A stretch of DNA of 64,000 nt from Azolla caroliniana (lineage: Eukaryota > Plantae > Polypodiophyta). Below, one piece after another: positions 45,101-58,859 of this stretch. Location: assembly GCA_043228905.1 (NCBI GenBank), contig JBHGNT010000001.1, forward strand, positions 25,668,001 to 25,732,000. Direction: 5' to 3'. Below the pieces are notes generated by a model. It had not been told where the DNA came from. It did no database searches and worked only from the letters and a program-made list of their open reading frames with translations. The stretch's first letter is position 1, and every line of letters starts with the position of its first letter. Made by a program: the position numbers and the translations under genes.

Positions 45101-48100
45101 GAGGACGGCATGGTTTCGGAGGACGAAGAAGTCGGCGTAGATTTCTTCGAGGCGGCATACATGACGACTGGAAAGGGGAGCACTCAGGCGCTTAACGAAT
45201 TCGACGAGAGCAAGTATGACGGGGAGTGGCTCCAGATCGGCGGGCTCCTGAAAACAATGACACCGGACGCTGCGTGGATAAAGGAAAAGACCAATCGGAT
45301 CCAAAAGAAAGCGTACCAATTCTTCCTTCGGGACGGGTACATATGGAAGCACCCGAAGAAGAGGGACGGCATCCCGCTCCGAGTGGTGGCGAAGAAGGAG
45401 GAACAGGAGGAGTTGCTGGAGGCCTACCACGAGAGTCCCTGGGCCGGACACCGCGGAACGTGGGCCACGTTCGAGAAGCTGAAGGGGAAATACTGGTGGT
45501 CGGGACTGTACTGGGACGTGCATCGGTTCGTGAAGACTTGCGAAAGCTGCCAGATGCACTCCATAGTCCGACACCGGGACGAGCTTTACCCGACCTACCC
45601 TCCGACCGTCCACTTCAAATGGATGGTGGATTTGGTGACGATGCCAATGGGGGTAGGACAGATGCGTTACCTGGTGCTTGCGCGGGAAGACTTAATGAAC
45701 CAAGTGGAAGGACGTGCACTGCAGAACAAGACAACCGTGGCGGTATGCCAGTTCCTGATCAAAGACGTAGTGCGTCGGTACGGGCGCGTCGGGAGGATCG
45801 TGGCGGACCCGGGAGAGCTAGACGCGCGGGAAGATGAGGAGTTGTTCAACCAGCTAGGGGTCAAACTCTCCCTCACTACGGCATACAATCCGGAGGCAAA
45901 CGGGAAACTGGAGCATGGGCACGGGCCGATCGTAAAGGCATTGGTGCGTGCATGCGGAGGGCAAGTCGGGAATTGGCCGCGGCTCCTTCCTTACGCACTA
46001 TGGGCGGACCGAACTACGCACAGTTCGGTAACCGGGTTAATGTCGGCAGAGCTTATGTACGGGCAGCGGCCGATCATGCCAACGGAGCTTATGTACGGGC
46101 CACGGTGGACTGGAGAGATGAGATGAGACGGGAGGAGCTGCTAGCGACACGGATTCGACAGCTCGAGCGAAGGCCGGAGGACATGGAACGAGCCACGGAG
46201 AAGCTTCGGTTGGCAAGGTTGAAAAACAAAGGACAGTTTGACCGGACTCACCGACTGCGACCGAAGAAAATCGAGGAAGGCGACTGGGTCCTAGTGCATG
46301 ACAGCAGCCTCGACAACCAGCACAGGGCAACGCGGAAGTTTGCAAGGAGGTGGTTCGGGCCTTACGTGGTGACAGGCGCCAACGACAACGGGACCTACCA
46401 TCTTGCGGAGCTCGACGGAACAAGGATCGCAATACCGGTAGCAGGGAAGAGGGTCAAAGCGTTTAAGAAACGACACGAGTGCGAGCCAGATCTGGAAAGC
46501 ATGGACGGCGACGACAGGCGGACTGAAGCGGATGATGAACCGGAAGACGAGGAGTAAAGCATGGGCCGGTTTTCTCCAGCAAGAGCCCAATTTTGGTGCA
46601 TACCGGTGGATGCGCGGTTAGGTGGGGGCGGATGTCGCGAAGAAAACCGTCCCTAGGCAGAAACCAAGTTCAGCATGTGTAAATCGGCCCTTACACGCGA
46701 GCACACTTTCGTTGTGTGGTAAGTAGGTAGGCACAAGTCGGATGAGATGGAATCCTAAGTAGCATGCATTTAATAGGGAGAGAATCGAGTTGTATCTCTG
46801 TCCGAAAGGACAGAGAATTAATATGATGTAACGGATGATAACGGTCTCCCCTCCTTGGGCTATAAAAGGGAAGGAGAGGAAGAGAGAGGTATTGCGCGTT
46901 AGAGAGGACGAAGTGTTGCCGGACTGCGACCGAGCTCTTCTCCTCTGCCACTCCCCATAGCCATTTTGCGCAGGTTTCGGGAGGCTGACTCTGCTCCGTG
47001 GAACGCCCATGTGCTTCTGGCAGAGTCTCCATCTCGCTCTTCTGTCTGTGTGTGTGTGAGTGAACAGGCGTCGGTGTTCTCCTCGCCGGTCTGTTAGTTG
47101 TAACCGTCTTGATATATATATATATTTATATACATACACGTTGAGGTACTCGGACTTCTAGTCGTCTCGTTTGCTGTGTTGTCGCACTGTGATTCCTATG
47201 TGCCCGTGTCTGTGCATGTGCGAGTGCGTCCGTTGCCTCCCCGTTCTCCTCCGTCTCAGCTATTCCTTGGTCCAAGACGCCGGTGGTCCCGCCTCGTTCT
47301 CCACGCACGCGCGTAACAATGCGACACCGGAAGGTGAAGCCCATCGCGGCTCCCTTACCGGAGGGTAGCTGGGAACAAATAAAGGGGGTCGCTACTGACC
47401 CGAGCTTGCGAGATCCGGCCGGCATAGGACACCGTTTCACCGACAAAACGCTACGAGAGCTGAAGATCTTTGGGGGTGACTTCCTACTGTCGGCGGAAGA
47501 GGACCGGTTCAGAAGGATGCTCAAGAGGCACGGGAAAGCCTTCGCATTCTCGCTAGGAGGGATCGGGTGGTGATCTTTACCATGCCGCACGTGCCATGGA
47601 GTCTCAAACCGATTCAAGTACCGAGAGCTTACATGCCAATGTTGATGGAGCTTCTCAAGCAGAAGGTGGAGTTGGGCATCCTCGAACCATCGAGTGCCCC
47701 TTACTCTAACCGGTGGTTTATGGTACCGAAGAAGAATAGTACGTTGCGCTTCGTCCAAGACTTACAACTGATCAATAAGGTGACCATCCATAATACGGGA
47801 GTTGGACCGTCGATCGATGAGTTCGCGGAAGCCTTCGCCGGAAGGTCCATATACTCGGTCAAAAACCTTTACTCGGGGTACGACCAGTTCCAGCTGGCCG
47901 TGGAAAGCAAGGACATCACAACAATTTGAACCCCTCTCGGCCTAGTTCGAATGTGTACCCTACCACAGGGAGGGACCAACTCGGTGGCACACATGGTGAA
48001 TGCAATGAACAGATTTCTATGGGACTATATTCCGGACATCACCATGCCTTTCCTGGACGACATCCCTATCAAGGGGTGTCCGGAGGACACCAAGGATGAG

Positions 48101-49817
48101 TCGATCGGCGCGGACGGGTGCCGAAGGTTTGTCACCGACCATATCTCCGACTGCGAGAAGATACTACAGAGGCTCAAAGACGCACGGCTTACCTTCTCGG
48201 GAGAGAAGTCGGCCTTCAGACAACCAAAGATCTTAGTGGTGGGCCATCTATGTGGCTCGTACGGCCGGAATCCATCGCCGACCAAGGTAGAGGCCATCTC
48301 GGCAATGAAGGAGGAGTGTGGTTCCATCACAGAGGTCCAACGATTCTTAGGAGGATGCGCCTTCTACCACATATGGATCCCTCACTACGCGCACGTTGCC
48401 AAACCACTCTATAACTTGCTAAAGAAGAGCAGGAAATTCGAATGGATAAAGGAACATATCGAGGCGGTCCAGAGGCTAAAACAAACGCTCACCGCGGCAC
48501 TAGTTTTACGCAAAGCGGAATACGCACCGGGAACTTCGGTCTACATCACGGTGGGTGGACACCAGCTCAACCGGGATCAGATGGGTCATAAATCAAGAGG
48601 ACGAAGACAACATGTGTTTCCCTATCCAGTTCACTGCAAAGGTACTGAGTGAACGACAATGAGGATACGCCCAAGTCAAGCGCGAGCTGTGGGGTATCGT
48701 TTCGGCGGTTAAGGTCGACAAAGACTACCTAATCGGGACAAAAGTGATTATAGAAACGAATTGTCTGCTGATTCTCGGTATGGTCTCCTGATGCGCAACT
48801 CCCAACCTGGCCATGCTCAGGTGGATTGTGTACATCAAGTCCCTTAACCTAGAGATACGACACATCTCGGGTAAAGACAATGCCATGGCCGATATGCTTT
48901 CCAGAGCAAGGTTCGAGGACGAGGACGGCATGGTATCGAAGAACGAAGAAGTCAGCGCGAACTTCTTTGAATCAGCAAGGATGAGGATAAAAAGGCGAAG
49001 CGCTCCGCCCCTAAACGAGTTCGAAGAAGACGACTACGATGGGGAGTGGCTTCTAATAGTAAGATTTCTAAAAACAATGACCGTTGACGCCTCGATGACT
49101 AGGGAGGATGCGGGACAGCTCCGAAAAAGGGCATACCAATACTTCCTACAGAACGGGAAAATCTGGAGGGTCCCCAAAAGGCGAAACGACGTGCCGCTCC
49201 GGGTAATAGCGTGGGCGGATGATCAAGAGAAGCTATTATCGGAGTTCCATGAAAGCCCTTGGTCTGGACACCGGGGTACATGGGCCACATTCGAGAAGGT
49301 AAAGGAGAAATACTTGTGGCCGAGTATATATAAGAGCGTGCACGACTTTGTGTCCACATGCGAAAGCTATCAGATGCACTCGGTGGTTCGACACCGCGAC
49401 AAGTTGCACCCAAGATACCCCCTTGTCCATGCACTTCAAATGGATGGTCGACTTAGTAATGATGCCGATGGGAGAGGATCAGAAGCGATACCTAGTGCTA
49501 GCTAGAGAAGACCTAACGAACCAGGTAGAGGGTCGGGCAGTAACAAACAAGACCACCGTGGCAATAAGTAAGTTTCTGATCGAAGATGTCATATGCCAAT
49601 ACGGGTGTGTGGGAAAAATCGTGCCTGACCAAGGAGAGCTAGATGCGGAAGAGGCCGAGGAACTGTTCGATCGGCTAGGCGTAAAATTGTCCCTCACAAC
49701 GGCGTACAACCTGGAGGCAAATGGAAAGACTGAGCGGGGCCACGGTCCGATCATAAAAGCCATTGTATGTGCGTGCGAAGGACGAGTCAACGACTGGCCG
49801 AGGTTGCTCCCTTAAGC

Positions 49818-49931
49818 TATCGCGTTATTACGCGCGTGTGTGTAGAAGGGGCGGGACCATGAGGGTCTCGGACGAGGGAGAAAAGGGATGCCAAGAAAAC
49901 CGACACCGGACACGACCCGATTGCAACCAAA

Positions 49932-49966
<35 letters not shown>

Positions 49967-50552
49967 AGAGGGAGAGTGTGCGCGTGACACCGACTCTTAC
50001 GCACATGAAGCGAAAGGGTTGTGCTTCCGACACCACCCAAAAACACCAAAATGCACAAACAGATATGTGTATGTATATTACAAGGGAAAGAATACATCCC
50101 CGGCTTCGAGCCGGACCAAGGTAGGTTACAGCAGCAGTCTCCTGCTAAGCCGCCGATCGGGGAGCTCTCAGGCTCGTTGCACTGAGCGGGGTCTTGCAAA
50201 CGAGACCGAGTAGAAGCAAACCCTAAACAAACACGAACTCTCAACCCTCACGACGAGGAAGAAGAAGAAACTAACTCTAAATCTAACGGTATACCCTCTA
50301 ACACAAAATGGGCAACCCCATACAAGAGACCCCTCCCTTCCCTTTATAGCCCAAGGAGGGAGAGACGTCACAATGTGGGATAAATCCCATATTACATGGG
50401 ATTCCCTGTCCCAACTTTATTGCCTATTCGGTGCCACAAAGGCACCCCTAGCCCCTACGCTAACTTTGTACAAGGGTGGGTGCACATGGTGCACCTTGCG
50501 GATCCTTCCAACATTCTCCGATTTCTCACTATGGCCCGAAATCTTCACGACA
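49818..50552 (-). mobile_element. Solo LTR I (related to G) inserted in the integrase of copy D
   Basis: Interrupts LLPY|ALWAD; minus-strand start TGTCGTGAAGATTTCG; TSD AAGC (49814-49817)/ACGC (50553-50556). Confidence 0.85.
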
Positions 50553-52414
50553 ACGCGCTATGGGCGGACAAGACTACCCACAATTCGGTGACAGGGTACA
50601 TGCCGGCGGAACTAATGTTTGGACAGAAACCCATCATGCTAGTGGAGCAGACGATCGTCTCATGGACGTCAATCGATTGGGCAACTGAAGCGAAGGCCGG
50701 AAGATGTGGAGCAGGCCACGACGAGGGTGAAAGAAGCGAGAATCCAGAACAAGGCCTAGTTCGACTGAACACACCGGCTCCAGCCAAGGAAGATCTAGAA
50801 GGCGATTGGGTGTTAGTCTACAACAACAGCCTCAACAACCAGCATAGGTCTACGCATAAGTTCGCAAAGCGATGGTTCGGGCCATACGTGGTAATTAGCG
50901 TCAACGATATCGTGACGTATCATCTCGCGGAGCTCGATGGGACCCGAATGAAGGCCTTCAAGAGGCAGAACAAGGCAGAACCGGACCCGGGAGCCGAAAG
51001 CGCCAGTTCAAAAGGGGAGGACGAGTAGCGGATGGCCCGGAATCCCTCACTAAATTCGCTACCCAACACATACCGAAGTATGTGCGGTTTAGTGGGGGTG
51101 GATGTCGTGAAGATTCCGGGCCATAGGTGGAAACAATGTGAAATGCGCAGGAACACTTGTGTGCACGAGTGCACACCCCTAATGAATTAAATAGTGTAAG
51201 TACTAGGCATAGGTAGAAGGAGGTGTACTAGGTAAGTTAAGGCATTAATAGGGATTCAGACATCGCGTAAGTAGGGAGAGTTACGAGGAGAGCAAATCAG
51301 GGGAGAGAATCTAGGAAGGGAAAGCGACAGGTCATGAATGCTTTGTAACGGTCACTCCTTGTGCTATAAAAGGGGCGACCTTTGACTGTTTGAGGGATGT
51401 CATCTAGAGAAGAGAAAAGAAACAGAGAGAAAAAAGGAAACAGAGAGGAGGGGAGACAAGGAGTCCTACGACGGATCAACGGAAGGTGCTTCCCCTACTC
51501 GCGTCAAACGCCCGAGTGCTCCCGACCAAGGGATCGACCTTCTTCGTGCCTACATATCTTTGTATCTAACTACGGTAGAGCATTACGCTCTATCACGGGC
51601 ACTAATCCGGTTGTAATCACCTACAATGCTACGCGCATGTTTTGATTAATAGAAACTTATCTACCTAACACAAGTTGTTCTCAGCATCTTTGTCTGCGCC
51701 TGTGTCTACACACGATCCTCTTGCACTCTCTCTCTCTCGTTTTGCGAACCTTCTCTGTTTAACCACGGTCTCGGGGCTTACGTAAACCACAGACTCTTCC
51801 TCCTCACTTCTTGATTCCTTGGTTCAAGACCCCCGTGGTCCTGCCCAACTTCTACGTATCCGCGAGGATTTTCTCGACAACGTTCCCGCGAAAACCGCAC
51901 CAGCGTATCAGACTACGCGGATTGGAGACCAGAAACAAGATCGAGGGCCGAAGAATGATCCTCCACAGCCGCTTTGGAGATCTCGGCGGCTTAGTCGGAG
52001 TGGCAAAGACTGGCGTGGCAGGCCAAACCTGAGGTAACAAGTTGGTGGGGGCGAGGGGACGACGCCAAGCGGAAGGCTCCGAATCGGTGGCAACAGCGCA
52101 AGACGAAAGTGGCCAAGCGGGCTACAACAGGGTGTTCCACAAATGCGGAGGACACTGGTAGGCAGAGTAGCGGCGATGCATGATCTGGTCAGGCGAGGGC
52201 CGACGACACCGTCGTGAAGATTTCCGGTTATAGTGTGAAACCGAGGTGGAATGGGCAAGTCGGTGGTCTGCAACATGTGCACGTGTATAGTAGGAAGACA
52301 GTGTATAGATAAAGGGGGAGTATTTATCCCACATTGTAATGTCCCTCCCTCCTTAGGCTATAAAAGGAAGGGAGGGGTCTCTTGTGAAGGGGTTGCCTAT
52401 TTTGAGTGAGAGCG

Positions 52415-52711
52415 TGTTGAGAATCAAGCTCAACTTGGTCTAGTGTGTGAACTCACCTTGAGAGTGAATAGACACTCCAACGGTCAAGAGTCACCATTAT
52501 GTCACCTCTTTGTATTCTAGCATTTAGTATGAGTCATAGAATCATATTCTATGACACATAACTTATGAGCTTTCACATTCCCCATGCTCCATGAGTCTTG
52601 TAGTTAATGAAGAGAGAGGGTGACTATATAAAGCACCCTCCTCCCACCTTGTATTAAGTTGAGTCTTTCTCCTTTGTTAATACAATCTACCTTGCATATA
52701 CTCTGTGTCTT

Positions 52712-52751
<40 letters not shown>

Positions 52752-53304
52752 TTATACTACACATGTTGCACCTAACTACAAAACCATATTCTTTGCGGAA
52801 CAGGGAAATCGTACACATCCATACATGTTAGAGCCCATACCGTTATCTGTCATTCGAACCATTGCTTCCATGCGACTTAGCTCACATGCATTGCGATGTG
52901 AAACAGGGCGTTGGGGTACAAGTGATGAGAGTGGTCGGCTATGCACACTTTGCCCTAAACAAGTTCGCGAGTCTGAGTATCACACTTCGATACAATGCTC
53001 TGCCTTTGATCATATTCGACCATGCTTTCCACATCTCTTCGATCGAGCCCAATCTTTGCGTGAATTCCTCTCACAACCACAATGTGCACTCTCGATTGCA
53101 ACATTCATTGGTAAAGTTCTTGGACATCGAGAGTCACTACTCACTTTCACACGTATCACGTGAAATGTAATATTTTTGGTCTCATAGGTCATATTTGACC
53201 TCCGAAGACGATAATATAATCTATCTATCTATCTATCTATCTATCTCATACACACACAGTTCACACCTATTCCGCTACACAAGAATCATACCCGATTCTT
53301 TATA
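52415..53304 (+). mobile_element. Probable solo LTR of an unrelated, Copia-like element inside J
   Basis: Begins TGTTGAGAATC, has a CTATATAAAG box and a CT/CA tract, ends CCCGATTCTTTATA; J homology resumes afterwards; TSD match is poor (GAGCG vs GAACC). Confidence 0.45.
52751..53245 (+). mobile_element. 5'-truncated non-LTR retrotransposon (RTE-X-like ORF2 C-terminus) with (CTAT)n tail
   Basis: MRLSSHALRCETGRW...RLCTLC...ESEYH...QC resembles the C-terminal Cys/His domain of LINE ORF2; short 3' UTR and (CTAT)6 tail; inserted at a (CT)n/(CA)n junction. Confidence 0.75.
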
Positions 53305-54064
53305 GAACCGTTGGTATACCACTTAGGTCGAGGGTCTCTATTCGGTTTAGGGTTTCTTCATCTTCTCTTTACTTAGGAGGTTAGGGTTTCTTGTAGCCGT
53401 TGGGTTTTGGCCTATGCCACCATGGTTGTATTCGTTTGCGGATTCATAATATAACTTGCTTGTGTATCTTGTCTTGTTGAGGTATCTTGCCTCCGTCTAT
53501 TCTATGTTATTGTCTTATTATTTTCTCTTCGTCTCGTGAGCTAAGCTTCCATTTCATGTCTTATTCTTTCTCCTCTACTCCCTAGTCCAAGACCCCCACG
53601 GTCCCGCCTAAGATCCTACACGTACTCGCGGATAATCGCGACAACGCGTGCATGGGAAGTAACCGGAGTTCGGCACGGGTGGAGCCTAACACGAAAAGGG
53701 GATGCGCGGCACACGAAGGTGCCGGAGCGGGAAAACAAGCGCAACGATGGGTTGCCGGCCTAGGTGATCTCACGAAGAAGGCTGGAGAGGGATCCTCCAC
53801 ACTGGTTCCGGAGACCTTGGCAGTTCGGCCGCCATGGCAACGTAAGACCAAGGAGAAGGTAGGTGGCGGCGAGGGGACAAAGGCGGTGGAGATCAATGCG
53901 GAACGAGAACCGGGATGACGTGAAGCTTGATGGGGACCAAGCGGGCCATCATAGGTGCTCCTCGGACGGAGGACACCGCGTATCCGAAGGAACGAGAAGC
54001 GTGCATGTGGTCAAAAGAAGGGCCAACGGGGAAGCACGCGCACTACGGGATCGCGGCGAATGAC

Positions 54065-54071
<7 letters not shown>

Positions 54072-54162
<91 letters not shown>
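54072..54162. repeat. (TG)45 microsatellite
   Basis: Perfect dinucleotide run. Confidence 0.98.
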
Positions 54163-54163
<1 letters not shown>

Positions 54164-57100
54164 GCAATTTTAATACATATTTTATTATATCTTTTTTCAT
54201 TTTTATTACTATTTTGATTATTTTTTATTTTATTTTATGTTTTTGAAGGGTCAAGTTACATCAATTGACGTCACCTCTAGGCAGTCAGTGATTGCATAGG
54301 CAGCAAGAGGTAGAACAATCGCTTGATGGAGGCGAACATTTGGTCAAATGGGGGCATTTGACTTGAGGCACATACTCCCCCTTTTTCCAAAATTGTAATT
54401 ATAGAACCTAGTGGGGGGGTATAAATGCTTAAAATTACATATCTTGCCCTTGTCCAATATTGAAGAAATTACATTATGTATGGGCATGTTGAAGTTGTAG
54501 AATGTTTATGAAGATCCAAGGATACCACTTGATTGAAGCATTTTAGTTTTGTCGACTTATCCACACCTCGAAGCATGTCTTTGTTTTATGTATTTAAACA
54601 AATTTGAGAAATTATTCCCTTGAAATTGGTCATAAGTGTAAAGAATTCTTTCAACCTCCCATTGAGCAGCGTTCATCTCATCCCTTTCGATCTTCATTTG
54701 CATCATCATCTTCGCCATCATCGATGCAAAGTCTTCATTTCAAGTAGCTACCCTCCCTATCGCTCATTTCATGTCAGGTTCACCAAATTTATGTCGCGAA
54801 ATTACATGTGTGCATGTGATATTAGAGTGAATCCATTGGAACTTGACCCAAAGAGGATGGGAATGTGAGACTTCACGGGTACAAAGTTTGAGGACCATCA
54901 ACGTCTAGTGGTAGCAAAATGTTTAGAAACATGTCCATCCACTTCATTGTCACCACTTTCTCATTATAGCTTACAGATGCCCTTCAAAAATCCTAACAAC
55001 CTTCAAACCCTTGACCTTACCATTTTTAATGGTTAATTGTTGTCACTCGAGCTATGATCAATTGTTGATTTCAATCATCTCATCACATGTCCTTTTTAGC
55101 TACATCTTCAACCAAACCCTTAAATTATTGTAATCTTGAATTTTAGAGACTTTCCACCTCTGTACACACCAGATGTGTCACACAAAGTGAACAATGGTGG
55201 TACAAATGGTTTCTTGTTGAGTCAAATTAGCAAACTAGGATTATTTTATTTTATCTTGCTAACAACATACCAATTATAGGATCAAAACTTACTAGACTAA
55301 AATTGTCATTTTTTCTTTTGTTTATTGTTTTAACCATGATCTATATTCAAATAACAACATTGTGGGGAGCTTAGAGCATTACAGAAGATACTCTAAGTCA
55401 TGCAAGTATATGAAGCAAAGATGTAGGTGTGGCCCACATCTTATTATTTGATTTATTCTTTTTGGTTGTTATCTATCATTGAGTCTAGTTGGTTTTGGAC
55501 CTATTTCATGATGATCTCATACGAAATTCACTACTAGATTTGCCTACAAATTTTGGAATTCATCTATTCCTTTTATAAATACATACTTCGTTTCTAACAT
55601 TTTCAATTAGTTGGTAAGAGTATCTTGTTACTAAATTATAGGTCAAAACATGAGAACATACTCGGGCCAAAAATGGTCATTTATACAAAAGTCTAAAGAT
55701 AAGTAAACTCATGTCTTGCATTATGGATATTTATGAAGTTCATTGGCCAAGTGAAAAAGTGTGTATGTGACAAAAAAGACCTTCCAAAAAATAATTGTAG
55801 TCAAACATTATTCATTCATATATTCTAGAAGTAAAGCTATTCTCTTTATTTGCTCAAGGATCTTGCCTTCTTCCTGTGCATCTTTCCATCTTCTTATAAT
55901 TTCTTAAGTTTTCTTTTGTCCTCCTCATATGCTTTACAATCAACTTTCTTTTGTGTAAGGGTGTGATCGTTAAACACAAACCTTTGTGTACCTTTTGAGG
56001 TAGATCCAACTATTGGCAAGAATGATCATTATCTCTGGATTACTATATCGTCGATGTAGAGTAATACATAAGTGGGAAAGAAACAAGGCCTCTTCACTCA
56101 TGTTGAATACTTCTCCTTTATATGAAAAATGAGAAATTAGAAAATGTTGTGCATTAGGATAAAGCATACACAATGATCAAATACAAAATACAGTAAATAG
56201 AACGTGAAGAGCTACAATATGTCAATTATACAAACATCTCAATAGCACCAAGTGACAATTGTGATTATCCACCCATGTGTTCAAGACTACAATTCTCAAG
56301 ATGATCAAGAGTTCTTTCAAAACTTTGTTCTAGATATGTTTGTATTTCTTTTAGGGGTTTGCGTTAAGTTTGGTACTAGTAGTCTTTCTTGGTATAAGTT
56401 AGCCTTTCGTTTGTTAAAGCTTTGTAGTAGGTCTACCACGGGATTAGTTCGTCTTTAGGGAATTTTCAGAATAAGTTTGATAGTTGTCTCCTTTTTCAAA
56501 TTTGTTGTCTATTTTTGGTCTCTTGGACAAGTTTCTCTTTCTCGCCATGATTTAATCTTCTTTATTTTCTTTTGCCTTAGTTGAATTCGCCTAGGTTTTT
56601 ATTTAAGCATTCCTCTAAAGTCTTTTCGGTGGGGAATTTTTTTGTGTAAGCTTTTCTTTAGGGGCTTTTGGGATAATCTAGCCTCTCTTATGGCTTTCAA
56701 TAGTGTATTGTTGGCCTGCCTAAACAAGTTTCAATCTATTTAGGCATATTTAAAGTCCTATTTTCCGTTTTGGGACTTGTTTTTTATAAAGTCTGTTTTT
56801 TTCGTCTTCATTAAGTTTTTAGGTTTCTTTAAGTTTTTTAATCTTCCTTAAGGTTGTTAAAGTGTTTATACATCTTTTTTTGTGTAAAGTGGTCTAGTTC
56901 TCTTTATTGTCTAATGAGGTCTAACTTTATCTTCTTCATTTTTTGTTATGTAGATGTTTAATTCAAGCTCTTTTACGTAAGTAATCCTTGAGTGAAATGA
57001 ATCAAATCATGGCTCAACATGGTGGATTCATCCCTATGCATCCATAGGCCACCTATGCAACAACTCTAGATTGAGTAGCTCTCAAAAAAGTTGCAAATTT

Positions 57101-58427
57101 AAAACATATTAACTAGATTCATTGCTTCAACGTCAAACTATTTATTGATAACCAAATGACATGAGGGTGGTGATAAATTGTCAATGGGTTGAGCAATATT
57201 GGGTAGAATACCATAGCCAATCAAATGAGGAGACAAAGAGTTAACGATGGTGAGGACTGTCTTGTGGATTGATGTTCGATCTTATGTGGTTTTAGGGTGA
57301 AGGATCAACATTTTATTTCATTGAATATTAGTTTGTAGCCAATGATTCTAGTGTTTATTGATCAGTCTACCCTCAACCTTGTAATCATCAACAATTCAAT
57401 TAATTTTAGTTTGTTTTAGGAGTCTCAAACTTAAAATAATTAAAACTTCACTTGTGTTGTGGTTTCACAATTCAATTCAACTCAAACTGAACCATCATTG
57501 TTTCCTACCTCAGCCTTAAAAGAATGTTCTTCCAGGACTTTGGTTAAGAGATCTCAATGGGGATGTGAAATGGGAAGAAAATCCACCAAATAGCATGTAC
57601 TTAGAATTCTTTGATCTAAGTTGGATTTGTTTTCTCCACTTTGTGTCATTCGTGAGAGAGATGGAAGGGGGTTATAGTGAAGAGCTTTTGCCTTATTTGG
57701 TGATACAACCAAAAGGTACTATATCAACAATTGGGTATACCTACCATTGACTCAAGAGGGCTCAATTTACGTGGTTATGAACACTATTAATAATCAAACA
57801 TCAAAACTAAGAAATAATCTCACTCAATGTTTGGCTAAACCTAGCTTTCTAACTTTGGGTTTGTAGGATATTAGGAACTCCAATTTAGAGTGAATCCCAA
57901 TTATTCAAACCGCAGGAAACAAACAAGTACAATCAAAAGGTCAATGGTCCTCATGACTCGGGATTGTTGGTTGTGGTACCTCCACCGACTAGCTAACTAA
58001 GTTTTTTTTCTCCTCTCTATGTTAATTTGTTTTAGCTTTTTTGTTCCTCTCTATGTTAATTTGTTTTACCTTTTTTGTTTTTAGATGTGATAATTATGTA
58101 TCGTGGATATAACTCCTAGAGGAGAATGTAAAAATGCAAGAGATTTTAGCATCAATAAATTGCTTTGCCAACATGAGATTCATGGTGTTCTAATACATGA
58201 AGAGCCTATATCTATGAGTGATTCTAATATTAATGGTTAGGTAAAGATTTTGATTATTTTTCTTAAACTATCTCATGACAGTGTTGCTTCTTTTCATTAT
58301 TCAAAGACATGAAATGTTCACGAGGTCAATGGTGTACTTACATCTAACAATGAAACATATGATGAAAACAATAAAAGAGATAACATCAATGTCTAGGTTG
58401 ATGAGGCCCCCTTTTCCAATTCGACAA

Positions 58428-58859
58428 GTGGGAAAATGTTACATAGTGATAGGTAGTAATAAATGTTGGTTATATCTTTTGTATCTTTGTCAAATGGTAG
58501 TTTCGCCTGCATTTTGGTTCACTATAACTTTAGGAATGAGGCATCATCTCTATTCTTGCTCTATGATTTTTTTCATTATGCATTTTTGCACCGAGTATAA
58601 ATGAAAACTTTACATTCACGTCAAGGTGGCTTGAGACATTTTGGTGGGAAAATGTTACATAGTGATAGGTAGTAATAAATGTTGGTTATATCTTTTGTAT
58701 CTTTGTCAAATGGTAGTTTCGCCTGCTTTTTGGTTCACTATAACTTTAGGAATGAGGCATCATCTCTATTCTTGCTCTATGATTTTTTTCATTATGCATT
58801 TTTGCACCAAGTATAAATGAAAACTTTACATTCACATCAAGGTGGCTTGAGACATTTTG
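58428..58859. repeat. 216-bp tandem duplication (2 copies)
   Basis: 58428-58643 vs 58644-58859, with three substitutions seen. Confidence 0.93.

Larger units (their letters stand above)
32282..47326 (+). mobile_element. Trp-primed Ty3/Gypsy copy F, decayed (5' LTR remnant ~32282-32326, PBS ~32332, gag 32345-33555 and 42140-43080, pol ~43077-46557, 3' LTR 46633-47326)
   Basis: The LTR remnant matches the end of 46633-47326; gag resumes at 42140 after nested inserts; GGATTTTTAG at 43071; right flank CCGG at 47327-47330 lies in the VDRK codons of copy D. Confidence 0.88.
11521..51879 (+). mobile_element. Trp-primed Ty3/Gypsy copy D, the basal host element of the nest (5' LTR remnant 11521-11846, PBS at 11851, 3' LTR 51103-51879)
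   Basis: 11521-11846 matches the 3' part of 51103-51879; collinear internal pieces at 11893-13084 (gag), 27284-27802, 31769-32281 (PR, slippery site), 47331-49817 (RT-RH-INT) and 50557-51028 (INT end); right flank ACGT at 51880-51883. Confidence 0.85.
52210..53643 (+). mobile_element. Solo LTR J (G/I-related) carrying nested insertions
   Basis: Ends (C)GTCGTGAAGATTTCC...CGCGACA; shares ATCCCACATTGTAA and CTATAAAAGGAAGGGA blocks with G; U5 motif at ~53584; TSD ACAC (52206-52209)/ACGC (53644-53647). Confidence 0.8.

Noticed and set aside
53927-54217. Poly-(CV) ORFs
   Set aside because: Translation of the (TG)n microsatellite.
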